This document shows, piece after piece, positions 8,395 through 17,424 of a DNA stretch of 59,264 nucleotides. Every line of letters begins with the position of its first letter. Position 1 is the stretch's first letter. The DNA lies in the IMG/VR virus record IMGVR_UViG_3300036832_000931, positions 1 through 59,264 of that record; one strand, written 5' to 3'. The stretch is from a virus (Duplodnaviria; Caudoviricetes). The notes under the pieces were generated by a model that saw only the letters and a list, made by a program, of their open reading frames with translations, was not told the origin of the DNA and did no database searches. Both the position numbers and the translations under genes were made by a program.

Positions 8395-8541
8395 ATGCGG
8401 TCGGAGCTCTGGAGAGTGTTGTTAGCGTTTGTGCTCGGTGTAGCCGTGTTCTGCGGTGCGGTGTTCGTCGTCTCGCACTGGATACTGCCAGCACCGGCTC
8501 ATCAGGAGATCTACGTTCATATCTATCACGATAAATCGTGA
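8395..8541 (+). CDS. Small membrane protein (48 aa)
   Basis: Hand-translated MRSELWRVLLAFVLGVAVFCGAVFVVSHWIL... Confidence 0.4.
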   Translation: MRSELWRVLLAFVLGVAVFCGAVFVVSHWILPAPAHQEIYVHIYHDKS

Positions 8542-8559
8542 GGAGAGAAATACTATAAA

Positions 8560-9207
8560 ATGTTATTTGGATTTACTAAAAATGAACTCTGTCTGATCTG
8601 CGATTGCCTGCACGGTACGCTCAGCAATCCGTCACAGGATCGTGATGGTGGTCGCCGCTTTATCCTCGATCAGGTGACGGAATTTATCCGCACCGAGAAG
8701 GCAGATGAGAAGTGGGATGTCGCCAGGACCACCATACTCGAGAAGATCGAGACGCTCGACGGCTGGCACTCGCAGCTAATTCTGGGATGCGTCAAGCGTT
8801 TCTGGGAGCTCACCGGTCAGTCCAAGGACTATGATGCTGAGGAGCTGCTGCGTAAGGCAGGCTTCGATACTCCGACCGCCTACCTGATGAACTCGGCCGT
8901 CATTCCGTCGGGTACCTCGGGCACCTACCGTTACACTTGGTATGCGGAGACGGATGGTACGCTGGCGAGATTTATCAAGGACAAACATCCAGTCTCGCGG
9001 ATTGGCTATGCCGATGCCTGCGACATGGTCCAGGACATGAGCGGCGGTTATCGGCCGCGGCTCTCCCGTTCTGCTGCGCTCATCGAACCCGGGGACTGCG
9101 CGATGGTGATCAGACTGAAGTACCGCCTCGCTGATACCGGTCCCAAGAGAGTGCGGATGAAGAATAAAGAAGACTATGAGATCGGGCTGCTCGAGCGGCT
9201 GGATTAG
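8560..9207 (+). CDS. Two-domain protein with C-terminal DUF1874/YddF (AcrIII-1 ring-nuclease-like) domain
   Basis: C-terminal YLMNSAVI..G.Y...SRIGY...SR....PGDCAMVIRL..R...YEIGLLERLD follows the DUF1874 pattern (LNS, SxIGH, NR, GD.A, LLxRLD), with Tyr in place of the His. Confidence 0.55.
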   Translation: MLFGFTKNELCLICDCLHGTLSNPSQDRDGGRRFILDQVTEFIRTEKADEKWDVARTTILEKIETLDGWHSQLILGCVKRFWELTGQSKDYDAEELLRKAGFDTPTAYLMNSAVIPSGTSGTYRYTWYAETDGTLARFIKDKHPVSRIGYADACDMVQDMSGGYRPRLSRSAALIEPGDCAMVIRLKYRLADTGPKRVRMKNKEDYEIGLLERLD

Positions 9208-9209
9208 TT

Positions 9210-9353
9210 ATGTCGCTTAGTGAGTACCTCGATGCGCGATTACGTCGAGCCGAGATCGAAATCATTATTGCCACCATCATGATTGTCGGGCTGGGCGATG
9301 CTGCGTTGTTCTGGGGGCTCTCGATACTTCTGCAACACAAGTTTCACTGCTAA
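9210..9353 (+). CDS. Small membrane protein (47 aa)
   Basis: Hand-translated MSLSEYLDARLRRAEIEIIIATIMIVGLGDAALFWGLSILL... Confidence 0.4.
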   Translation: MSLSEYLDARLRRAEIEIIIATIMIVGLGDAALFWGLSILLQHKFHC

Positions 9354-9417
9354 TGCGCAGGAACCTTGTCATCTATTATCAAATGTTTAGCGTCTGCACA
9401 AAGGCGGTTAGAAGCTG

Positions 9418-9726
9418 ATGAGTGACAACCATCAAGTGGAATTTGTTACGCGCGAGGAATTGCGCGGTGAACTGAGAGAGCTGCGTGGGGAATTTCACAC
9501 GATGCGCAGCGAGGTGCGTGCCGACCTCAAGGACATGCGTGGCGAGTTGAGCAAAATGCATGATGGGCTGAACACCATGCACGGTGAATTGCGGACGCAG
9601 ACGCACTGGATGATGGGCATTCTCGTGACCATTGCCGTGGGCCTCGCCGGGATCGCGTATGGCACCTTACGACTGAGCGTAGGTCTGAAACCACCAGCAA
9701 CAACAAGCTCTAGTACCTTACGATGA
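9418..9726 (+). CDS. DUF1640-like heptad coiled-coil membrane protein
   Basis: FVTREELRGELRELRGE heptads, then WMMGILVTIAVGLAGIAYG helix. Confidence 0.6.
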   Translation: MSDNHQVEFVTREELRGELRELRGEFHTMRSEVRADLKDMRGELSKMHDGLNTMHGELRTQTHWMMGILVTIAVGLAGIAYGTLRLSVGLKPPATTSSSTLR

Positions 9727-9986
9727 AATACTTACGCGCAAGCTCTGACGGCATGTGGATGTTGTTCTTCCCCGTCCTATCGCTCTTCTTCGTGATCTTC
9801 ATCCTCGTTATTACCGATGATGACGGCGTCTCGCGCAAACAGGAGGTTAAAGCGTGCGACATTGCCGTGCAGCAGCTGATGACCACTCATGATCTCGTCG
9901 AACTCCAGCGCGATGAATGGCTGATACATCACTTGCGTTGTTGGGTCACTCGGCGCGCAGTGCCGATACTGGTTCCTGCGAAATGA
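9723..9986 (+). CDS. Small membrane protein
   Basis: N-terminal hydrophobic helix; ATGA overlap with the upstream gene; stop inside repeat copy 9971-9996. Confidence 0.5.
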   Translation: MKYLRASSDGMWMLFFPVLSLFFVIFILVITDDDGVSRKQEVKACDIAVQQLMTTHDLVELQRDEWLIHHLRCWVTRRAVPILVPAK

Positions 9987-10025
9987 GCAGTGAAACGAAT
10001 AAGCGGTTAATAAGGGAATACTCTA

Positions 10026-11444
10026 ATGAGAAAAAGGAAAAGAGACTGGCCGATGAGGGTGATCAAGATTCGTGCGTATCCGAGAGTGATCCCGGATAGC
10101 GTCTGGGCGATCGCGAAGGACCAGAGAAAGCTGTGGAATGATTTGACCAGTATGTGGAAGGCGACCGCTGATCTGGCGGCCAACCTGCCTGAGCAGAAAA
10201 AAGAAATGTGGAAACAGTTTGAGGACTGGGCGGCAGCGGCCGTTAAACTGTCCGGCCTCGACTGGGTTAATGGACCGGATATTTTAGATAGATTGCGTGC
10301 TACCACGCGCTCGCGCAAACAGGCTCCACGCTTTCATGGTGCGCTGCAAAGGGTGTCGATCGGGCACAGATATACCGGCGGCGGGAAGGCTCTGGAGGAG
10401 GTGATTGATCCAGGCGTTCAGGTCAGACGATTCGCCTTGGTCTCATCGAAGGACTGGATCGCCTCGCAGCGCTCACAGATCGGTCAGCATTCGCCCAAGC
10501 GCAAGCATTGGCGCGGCCGCTTCCAGGTCGGTGAAGAGACGATTGAGTACTCGTTGGCGCTTCATCGCGAGCTGCCTGAGCGCGCGATTTTGAAGCGTGT
10601 GGCATGGCTGGGTGAGCGCAGTGGCCCGACATGGTTTTGGTACTTGGCGCTCACGGTGGAAGAAGAGCCGGTACAAGGTTCCTGCGTGACGACGAGCAGT
10701 GAAACTACAAGCTCTGCCGCTATCGACCTGGGCTGGCGGTTATTTGCCGATGGGACCAAACAGGACCGGCTGCGGGTCGGCATGCTGGCTGATTCCGAGG
10801 CGCGCATGATCGAGCTGCGGTTGCCGCTGCGCCTGCGGCCTAACCGCGTTCAGGAACAGCGCGGGCTGGATACCATCGCACAGTGGCAGGCCGAGGCTTC
10901 CAAGCTCGACAAGAGCTCTGACGAGTACCGCATGCTCACCCGCGAGATGAGACAGTTACGCTTTCGCTTAATCCAAAGGCGCAGATGGTACTACCTCAAT
11001 CTCGCCAACTGGCTCTGTCAGCGATACAAGCGGATTGCGCTCGAGGATATGAGCATCAAGGATCTGCATCGTAAGCCGGATGATCCCGCCTTGCAGAATA
11101 GCGCGCAGTATCGCAATTACGCGGCGATTGGGGAATTCCGTGCCCTGCTCCTGCGCACCGCCACCAAATACGGCTGCGAGGTCATTCCCGTCGATTCGAT
11201 TGACTCGACCAGGACGTGCTGGGAATGCGGAGCCAAGGCCGAGGCGAGTGGGCACCTGACGCTTAAATGCGAGAACGGGCACGAATGGGATCAGGATAAA
11301 AACGCCGCTCGTAATCTGTTCTCGCAACTGGAGGGGACTTTCGGGCAGACACACAGTTTGCGAAAAATAACGACTACTGGTAAGTGGAAACGATTGGAGT
11401 TGCCGGAGTCTATTGGAGCGGTTGCAGTTGAGGTTCCTGCGTGA
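10026..11444 (+). CDS. cas12: Compact type V CRISPR effector (TnpB/Cas12 superfamily, Cas12m/V-U1-like)
   Basis: RuvC-I AAIDLGWR, RuvC-II IALEDM, Zn finger CWEC...CENGH, RuvC-III WDQDKNAARNL. LHRELP..A.LK...W.L.LTV and LRVG motifs resemble Cas12m. Directly abuts a CRISPR array. Confidence 0.85.
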   Translation: MRKRKRDWPMRVIKIRAYPRVIPDSVWAIAKDQRKLWNDLTSMWKATADLAANLPEQKKEMWKQFEDWAAAAVKLSGLDWVNGPDILDRLRATTRSRKQAPRFHGALQRVSIGHRYTGGGKALEEVIDPGVQVRRFALVSSKDWIASQRSQIGQHSPKRKHWRGRFQVGEETIEYSLALHRELPERAILKRVAWLGERSGPTWFWYLALTVEEEPVQGSCVTTSSETTSSAAIDLGWRLFADGTKQDRLRVGMLADSEARMIELRLPLRLRPNRVQEQRGLDTIAQWQAEASKLDKSSDEYRMLTREMRQLRFRLIQRRRWYYLNLANWLCQRYKRIALEDMSIKDLHRKPDDPALQNSAQYRNYAAIGEFRALLLRTATKYGCEVIPVDSIDSTRTCWECGAKAEASGHLTLKCENGHEWDQDKNAARNLFSQLEGTFGQTHSLRKITTTGKWKRLELPESIGAVAVEVPA

Positions 11445-12003
11445 TGAGCAGTGAAACCGATAAGCAGAGCATCGCAGGCAACCGGTTCTCGCGGTTGCAG
11501 TGGAGGTTCCTGCGTGACGAGCAGTGAAACTTGGGTACGGCGACTTCGATGAAGTACAAATCAAAGGTTCCTGCGTTACCAGCAGTGAAACAGGCCATCA
11601 GGAGTTCCTCGATTTTCTCGCAGCCCTGAGTTGCAGTAGAGGTTCCTGCGTAATGAGCAGTGAAACTACTAATCCTGCTCAGTGCGGCCTGCGAATGAGC
11701 ATTGAGGTTCCCGCGTACGGGCGGTGAAACAATGAACAAACAGTTTCGATCAAGATTGTCATCACAGTTGGTGGTTCCTGCGTAATGAGCAGTGAAACAG
11801 CTGGAGATCACGCAGCTTGAGGTTCGTGCGTAAGGGCGCTGAAACTAGAAGCACAAGATGGTTCGCGCGTAAGGGCGCTGAAACTCATACACGGTCGAAT
11901 CGGTTCCCGCGTACTGGCGGTGAAACAGAGAGCCGTTTCAGGGTTCCCGCGTGTGGGCGGTGAAACAGGAGAAATGAGGTTCCTGCGGATACAGCAGTGA
12001 AAC
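11421..12003 (+). CRISPR. CRISPR array, 11 repeats; full repeat GTTGCAGTNGAGGTTCCTGCGTRAYGAGCAGTGAAAC (37 nt), shortening distally
   Basis: Full repeats at 11421-11457, 11494-11530 and 11630-11666; core-only or degenerate copies at 11566, 11706, 11773, 11821, 11860, 11902, 11942 and 11978. First spacers are 35-39 nt. Confidence 0.9.
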
Positions 12004-12853
12004 TCCTAGACAGAAGCCGGTTCCTGTATCTGCCAATCTCCGCAGTCGTCTTGGTTGGAGTCCAGCAGCACGCCACTCTGCTTTTTACCTTCGCGCAGAT
12101 GCTCCCGGATACGGTCGAACATCAGCTCCAGCTCGCGGTCACGGTCGCCGCGCTTAAACGCCTTACTCTCCAGGTCGATCGTTATAACTAGCTCCACGCT
12201 ACTGCACCTCAAGTTTTCTTGCCGTTGTACTCCCAAGTCTGCCGGCCGAGTTTGCCGCGATGCTGATGGCAGAGACCCTGGGTCTTGCATTTGTCGCAGG
12301 CCAGCACCGACAGCATCACTTCCCGCCCCTCCTGTAAATCCATCAGCGCCGCCGCCACGGTGCCCGGAGGCGGCTCATCCCCGTAATGCCCCACCAGCTC
12401 CAGCAGCCCCTTCAGTGCACGGTTGCTGCACCTCACCGCAATAATCCCAGCCAGCCCGCCGCCAAGCCCGTCATAAACGCCGCCATCTCGAGAGCCGTCA
12501 CTCGCCACCCTTGAGCAGAAGCGCCATCACCCTCACCGCATCGCGCGGGTCCAGATCGAGTGCCATCAAACGGTCGGATAGCCAATCGCGTAAAGCTGGT
12601 TCCAGCCACTGCGCGACCCGCTGCACTTCTTCTTCGCTCATCCGATCTTCTAGATGCAGATCTTTCATGGTTCACCACCCCACCTCATTTTGTAGAAGTG
12701 AACTATAGTGGTTGAGTGATCTTTATTGAGCGAGTGAAATTGTCACCGCAGAGCTCAATTATTTGGTGAATTTTGACGTGAGCTGTGGACTAATCATGCG
12801 AACTTAGCGTGGTAGGTTCGTAAGTTCGCATCTTTTATCCCCAGAAGTGAAAC

Positions 12854-13288
12854 ATGAAAACGTACGAAACCGATTACTTCGCGTGGGCCAACCACCAAGT
12901 CGCGCTGCTGCGCAGCACCCAGCCCGAGTGGCTCGACTGGAAGAATCTGGCTGAGGAGGTGGAGGACTTGGGGCGCAGCGTGCGGTTTAGCGTGGAAAGT
13001 CACCTCGAGAACGTGCTGGTGCATCTGCTCAAGGCGCGCTACCAGCCCGCCCGGAGCAGCCGCAGCTGGGAGACCTCGGTGCTCAACGCCCGACTGCGCA
13101 TCGAGCGGCTGTTGCGCGAATCGCCTAGTTTGAAGGCGAGGCTGCCGGAGGCGCTAATGGAAGCCTACCGGCTGGCGCGAGGCGAGGCTGGTAGCCAAAT
13201 GGGCATGGACCGCCGACAGTGGGAGGCGACTCTCCCGCCAACTTGCCCGTGGAGGCTGGCGCAGGTGTTGGGGGATGAGCCGCTCTGA
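12854..13288 (+). CDS. DUF29 family protein (second copy)
   Basis: YETDYFAWANHQVALLR...LDWKNLAEEVEDLGRS...LVHLLK...SW..S....R......SPSLK...CPW.L.QVL. Confidence 0.9.
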   Translation: MKTYETDYFAWANHQVALLRSTQPEWLDWKNLAEEVEDLGRSVRFSVESHLENVLVHLLKARYQPARSSRSWETSVLNARLRIERLLRESPSLKARLPEALMEAYRLARGEAGSQMGMDRRQWEATLPPTCPWRLAQVLGDEPL

Positions 13289-13300
13289 GCAGTGAAACGA

Positions 13301-13609
13301 CTACGCCGACCTCTGCCAAATACGACGAGCCTCCGGACTCATCACGATCCGCGTGGCTTCGCTCCTCGTTATTCCCAGATCCATCAGTAAGTCGATGGAC
13401 ATGGTCGCTATCGCCGAGTGCGCCAGTGCCCGCCGTTCCTCGATGGGCAGCTGGTTACAACGCGCGCATATCCCACCCGCGTCCACTTCCTCAACATTCA
13501 TTCCGAAGCGCTGTTTGAACAAGTCTGCGGCTTCTGCGGTGAACCGCTGTGGCGTGACATCCTTGCTGCTACCACACAGAAGACATTTGATTGATGCGCC
13601 GAGCTCCAC
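13301..13609 (-). CDS. Hypothetical Cys-motif protein
   Basis: CLLC...CARC; GAGGAGG RBS. Confidence 0.5.
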   Translation of the reverse strand: MELGASIKCLLCGSSKDVTPQRFTAEAADLFKQRFGMNVEEVDAGGICARCNQLPIEERRALAHSAIATMSIDLLMDLGITRSEATRIVMSPEARRIWQRSA

Positions 13610-13745
13610 CAGTTTTCCTCCTCTTTTTTCGTCTGCAAATTTCGCTCAGGTATTAGCAATTTAAATAGGTGAAATCTTTCTCTTACATAGCTGCGATTCG
13701 ACGATTCTATAGCGTCTTATAGCGACACGACCTTTATTAGTTAAA

Positions 13746-15302
13746 CTAATGGCTTTCTTCCCCAAAAATACCCCCCTGATCGTCGTGGCTGGCGAGGATG
13801 TAACCAGTCGCTCTACCCTTCCCGTGGCGGTTGACCAGATGCTCTTTCACAGCCTGCCTGAGTCCCGCGAGGATCCAGTCTGCGCCCTTCCCAGTATGGT
13901 TGATGAGCTGAGCCTTGGTCGAGCCTCCCCCGAGCGCCTGTAATGCTTCGATGACTGAAGGCATTGCTACCCGTCCCCTGTGCTCACTGAACAAGCCACC
14001 CAGCGTTATCAGCCGTGTCTTCTCATCGAAGAGAACAAGCTCCTCCTTTAATACGCCAGTATCGCCATAACCGCCTTTACCAGTGACAAAAGCATTTACG
14101 CCGCTCGACTTGCGTCGGACCACCATTCGCATGCGATGCTGCGCCGTCCAGGCCGTATGCCCCGCAAACGCTTCCTCTGGATCACGCGGGTCGAGTGCTT
14201 TGGCCTCACTCTTCGGCGCGTGCCCCGTGACCAGTCCGCTGAAGTTGCGTTGACGTACGCACTCGAGCAGCGGATTCTGCTCGTTCATCGTAATCCGGTT
14301 GGTATCGCCAGAGTTATTGGGTGGCATCCCAAAAAAGTCGAAGAGAGTATCGAGGATAAAGGTCTTGCAGCCCAGCTTGTTCATCCAGTAATCGAACCAC
14401 TCCACCGCCTCCTCGGTGAAGCGGAAATGTGCTTTGCTCGACTCAACGATGTAGATAACTTCTTTGAGTTCCCAAAACCCGATATTCTCGCTCCACGCCT
14501 CGAACTCCTTGGCGGATACCACGACCAGCGTCTTGGACTGGCGGCACTTCCGCCCCAGCACCTCCGCTCCGAGCGCCCAGGCGCGAGCGAAGTTCATCGC
14601 CATCGTGGATTTGCCGCTGCCTATCAGGCCGGTCAGCACCGCTGAGCAGCCGTCTCTGATCAGTCCTTCCACCGAGTAGTCGCGACTGTCCGCCCGCATG
14701 GCCTCGTACGCCGCGTAAGCGTCGATTGGAGCGCGTTGTTCGAAGGCGGCTAGCTTCGGGTCCACCTTCGCCGGCAGCTGAGTCTTTTTGACCGGGACGA
14801 TCAGGCGGGAGATCCCCTCCAGTTCACCTCGTACATGCTCTCCGTCCAGCCCCTCCGGCACTGCGTAGCCGGGAACCTGCGTCACGAGCATCTCAAGGGA
14901 CTGCGTGAGTTGTTTGAAGAGCTCATCGCCCTCGAGCTTCCGCAGAGTCTGGTCCTGGACCATCATGCTCTCAGCGACCTGATAGACCCGCGCATTCCAG
15001 CGCAGCAGATTGGCTTGGAACTCATCCTCCTGCTCATCCGCTCCCGGCTCCCTGAGTACAACCTCCTGACGCGGCGGCGGTGGTGGCAGCGCTGGCGGGT
15101 CTTCCAGCAGCCGTGCGAGCGCAGCCGCTACAGCAGACGGCCGGAAACAACTTGGACAGTTAAACTTCAGCTCATCGCCATTGATGATGACGTAAGCATT
15201 CTTGGCTTCACATAACGGACAGGTGAACTCGAGACGGTCTGGCCGTCCGTTGCGATGCCCATCGGGAAGACGTGTTAGTAATTGATCGACGTTAGCCATC
15301 AA
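13746..15302 (-). CDS. Replicative helicase-like AAA_25/RepA-type ATPase with N-terminal Zn-binding domain
   Basis: CPLC...CPSC N-terminus; Walker A GLIGSGKST; Walker B FILDT; GHAPK; C-terminal wHTH-like segment. Confidence 0.75.
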   Translation of the reverse strand: MMANVDQLLTRLPDGHRNGRPDRLEFTCPLCEAKNAYVIINGDELKFNCPSCFRPSAVAAALARLLEDPPALPPPPPRQEVVLREPGADEQEDEFQANLLRWNARVYQVAESMMVQDQTLRKLEGDELFKQLTQSLEMLVTQVPGYAVPEGLDGEHVRGELEGISRLIVPVKKTQLPAKVDPKLAAFEQRAPIDAYAAYEAMRADSRDYSVEGLIRDGCSAVLTGLIGSGKSTMAMNFARAWALGAEVLGRKCRQSKTLVVVSAKEFEAWSENIGFWELKEVIYIVESSKAHFRFTEEAVEWFDYWMNKLGCKTFILDTLFDFFGMPPNNSGDTNRITMNEQNPLLECVRQRNFSGLVTGHAPKSEAKALDPRDPEEAFAGHTAWTAQHRMRMVVRRKSSGVNAFVTGKGGYGDTGVLKEELVLFDEKTRLITLGGLFSEHRGRVAMPSVIEALQALGGGSTKAQLINHTGKGADWILAGLRQAVKEHLVNRHGKGRATGYILASHDDQGGIFGEESH

Positions 15303-15721
15303 CCCCCCCTCCGGTTCTGTCTATCTACTCAGGTTTTACCTTGGTGCCAAATGATCACCCGTAAAAAACGGGTGCGCGGATTTTACTACACACAAACGAT
15401 CACACAAATCTCCTTCGTCATTTGATCGTCTATCTAAATGCCTAGATTTATTGAATAATAGAGAAGAGGGCCGATAATGACCCTCTTCTGGACATGCTAA
15501 CAATCTGTTACATAAGTCTACTATGTAGTAGTAGACCGTTTGCGGCGGGTAACTTCTGCTATCAACAAGTGGACAGCCGGTTAATCCTGACTTAGCACTA
15601 CTTGACTTGCCATCCATCGACCACGCCCTCTACCGCCACGGGCAAAATTTCGGGCAAACCACCACACCCACTTGTGTCACCTATCCCGATTCGGCAGAAG
15701 GTCTTCACTGCTCACACTCAG

Positions 15722-15913
15722 TCAGCTCAGCCCGCCCGGTTTGACCCGACGCTCATCGATGAACCGCTCGAGCGCGGCGGGATCATAGCGCACGCGCTTG
15801 CCGAGCTTTATATACTCCGGCCCTTTTTTTTCGAGCCTCCATTTTTGAAGACACTGAACGGTCACGCGGAGGATCCCTGCCACTTCGCGCTCAGACATCA
15901 AGTCGGTCGTCAT
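15722..15913 (-). CDS. Excisionase/AlpA-like HTH protein
   Basis: MTTDLMSEREVAGILRVTVQCLQKWR...GPEYIKLGKRVRY; GGGAGGGG RBS; adjacent to the integrase. Confidence 0.85.
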   Translation of the reverse strand: MTTDLMSEREVAGILRVTVQCLQKWRLEKKGPEYIKLGKRVRYDPAALERFIDERRVKPGGLS

Positions 15914-17099
15914 TAACTCGCCCCTCCCCAGCGTCTGGTATAGTTTCATCCACCGGTTCCTGCGTGGAAGCAGTGAAACGTTCTGGCTCATGCTCATCAC
16001 GCGCAGCGCTGTAGATGTATCGAGCGTAGTACTTGAACACGGTCTCAAGCCGATCGCCCATCAGCTCCGCGACCTGACCAGGGGTTAGCCCTTGCTCGAA
16101 ACAGTCCACGGCGAACGAATGCCTCATGACGTTCGGAGCTCGATACTTCAGCCCCGTCGCCTTGAACATCGGCCGCCAGTTGCGGTTGGTCCAGTTCTGC
16201 AGATTGAGACGTGCCCCTCGACGACCACGGAAGATCAGGCCCGTTTCATCGATCGGGATGTCTAACCGGCTGAGCACGGCCATGAGCCGTGCCGCGTTTC
16301 TCGGGGGCAGCTTTACAGTACGATGTGCGCGTTTCGTCTTGGTTCCTCGTATCGTAGCCCACTTCCCAGTGTCAGGAAGATCTTCCCGCAGAAGACCCAG
16401 CACCTCCGACGGTCGAGGCCCCAGGGCAAAGCCCAGTTCCACGATCGACCAGTCTTGGACGGTCTTGGCTACCGCCGACAGCTTCAACTGATCGGCCGGT
16501 GGAATGGGATCGATCTCCTCAGTCGCGCCTGAGGGCGGGTTCTCGATAAACTTCATCGGGTTTTTGCTGATCACCTCATCCGCTTCAAGCATCAAGAAGA
16601 TCTTCCGCAGCCGCTGAATGAACTGAGCTATCAGCCGATCCGGCTTGCCGGGGCGGTCTGACCGCCGCTCTACCCCATCGATCGCAGCCTGGATGTCCTT
16701 ACGCATAATCTCGCGCACGTCCATCTCCCCCAGCGCGGTGCCGTCGAGAAAGCGGCTGAACAAATACTCAACCCCCTTCGTCGTCTTTGCGCTTCTATAC
16801 TTCTGGGTATTCAGCCACTGCCGAGCTACGACGCGAAGAACCATAACGGGAGCAGCCGCCGCTTCCGCCTCTGCCACAGCCTTCAGCGCTTTGGCCGCCA
16901 TCGAATTGGGGAAGAATTCTTCAAGTGTGAACGTACCCTCCTTGATCGCATGGGTGACCCGCCGCTCAAGCGACGCGTACTGGCGACGATTCTCTTTGGT
17001 TGCACGCACGCCCTTGCCGACGCTGGGCCGATAAACCTTGCCCTGCCAGCGGAACTCCAGACACAGCCGGTTACGATTGCCTTTGATAAGTGATGCCAT
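15891..17099 (-). CDS. int: Tyrosine recombinase/integrase with N-terminal arm-binding domain
   Basis: GPRPSEVLGL (catalytic R), TKT, MRHSFA, MGD, YARY (catalytic Y). Confidence 0.9.
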   Translation of the reverse strand: MASLIKGNRNRLCLEFRWQGKVYRPSVGKGVRATKENRRQYASLERRVTHAIKEGTFTLEEFFPNSMAAKALKAVAEAEAAAAPVMVLRVVARQWLNTQKYRSAKTTKGVEYLFSRFLDGTALGEMDVREIMRKDIQAAIDGVERRSDRPGKPDRLIAQFIQRLRKIFLMLEADEVISKNPMKFIENPPSGATEEIDPIPPADQLKLSAVAKTVQDWSIVELGFALGPRPSEVLGLLREDLPDTGKWATIRGTKTKRAHRTVKLPPRNAARLMAVLSRLDIPIDETGLIFRGRRGARLNLQNWTNRNWRPMFKATGLKYRAPNVMRHSFAVDCFEQGLTPGQVAELMGDRLETVFKYYARYIYSAARDEHEPERFTASTQEPVDETIPDAGEGRVNDDRLDV

Positions 17100-17175
17100 C
17101 CTCTTCTTCTCCTTGCGGTTATTTCTCTATTTTCTAGTGGTCTGAGCTGAGGTTTCACTGCTAATACGCAGGAAC

Positions 17176-17424
17176 CTACTTCCACTCGCCGGTCAAATAC
17201 TCGATCGGGCGTCCGGACAGTTCCGACCACTGCTTTAAATATGGACAATTCAGCGGCAACACCCGATGCTTCTGCAGGCGGTAGAGCACCCGCCAGTGGT
17301 GGCCGATGGCCTTGGCGACCTGCAGCATCGACGTAAAGTTGTTGCGTTTTCTGATCTGCGAGATCGCATCGAGCACGCGGTTGGTGGCGATCGTCTCCTC
17401 GCCGGGGATGTACTGATATTCCAC
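17176..17424 (-). CDS. Small DNA-binding-like protein (candidate repressor)
   Basis: HTH-like LQVAKAIGHHWRVLYRL...IEYLTG; divergent from the RecT operon and upstream of int. Confidence 0.45.
   Translation of the reverse strand: MEYQYIPGEETIATNRVLDAISQIRKRNNFTSMLQVAKAIGHHWRVLYRLQKHRVLPLNCPYLKQWSELSGRPIEYLTGEWK

Noticed and set aside
10026-11444. IS200/IS605 or IS607 transposon interpretation of the TnpB-like gene
   Set aside because: No tnpA or serine recombinase adjacent and no evident IS ends; the gene abuts 37-nt repeats with 35-39 nt spacers.
11458-11772. Self-targeting by the long spacers
   Set aside because: No convincing full-length match in the window by eye (only a short CGATTTTCTCG overlap near 19426); needs a computed alignment.
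10968-12076. ORFs overlapping the CRISPR array (10968-11564, 11410-11811, 11524-11727, 11885-12076)
   Set aside because: Repeat-derived peptides, antisense to or inside the array.
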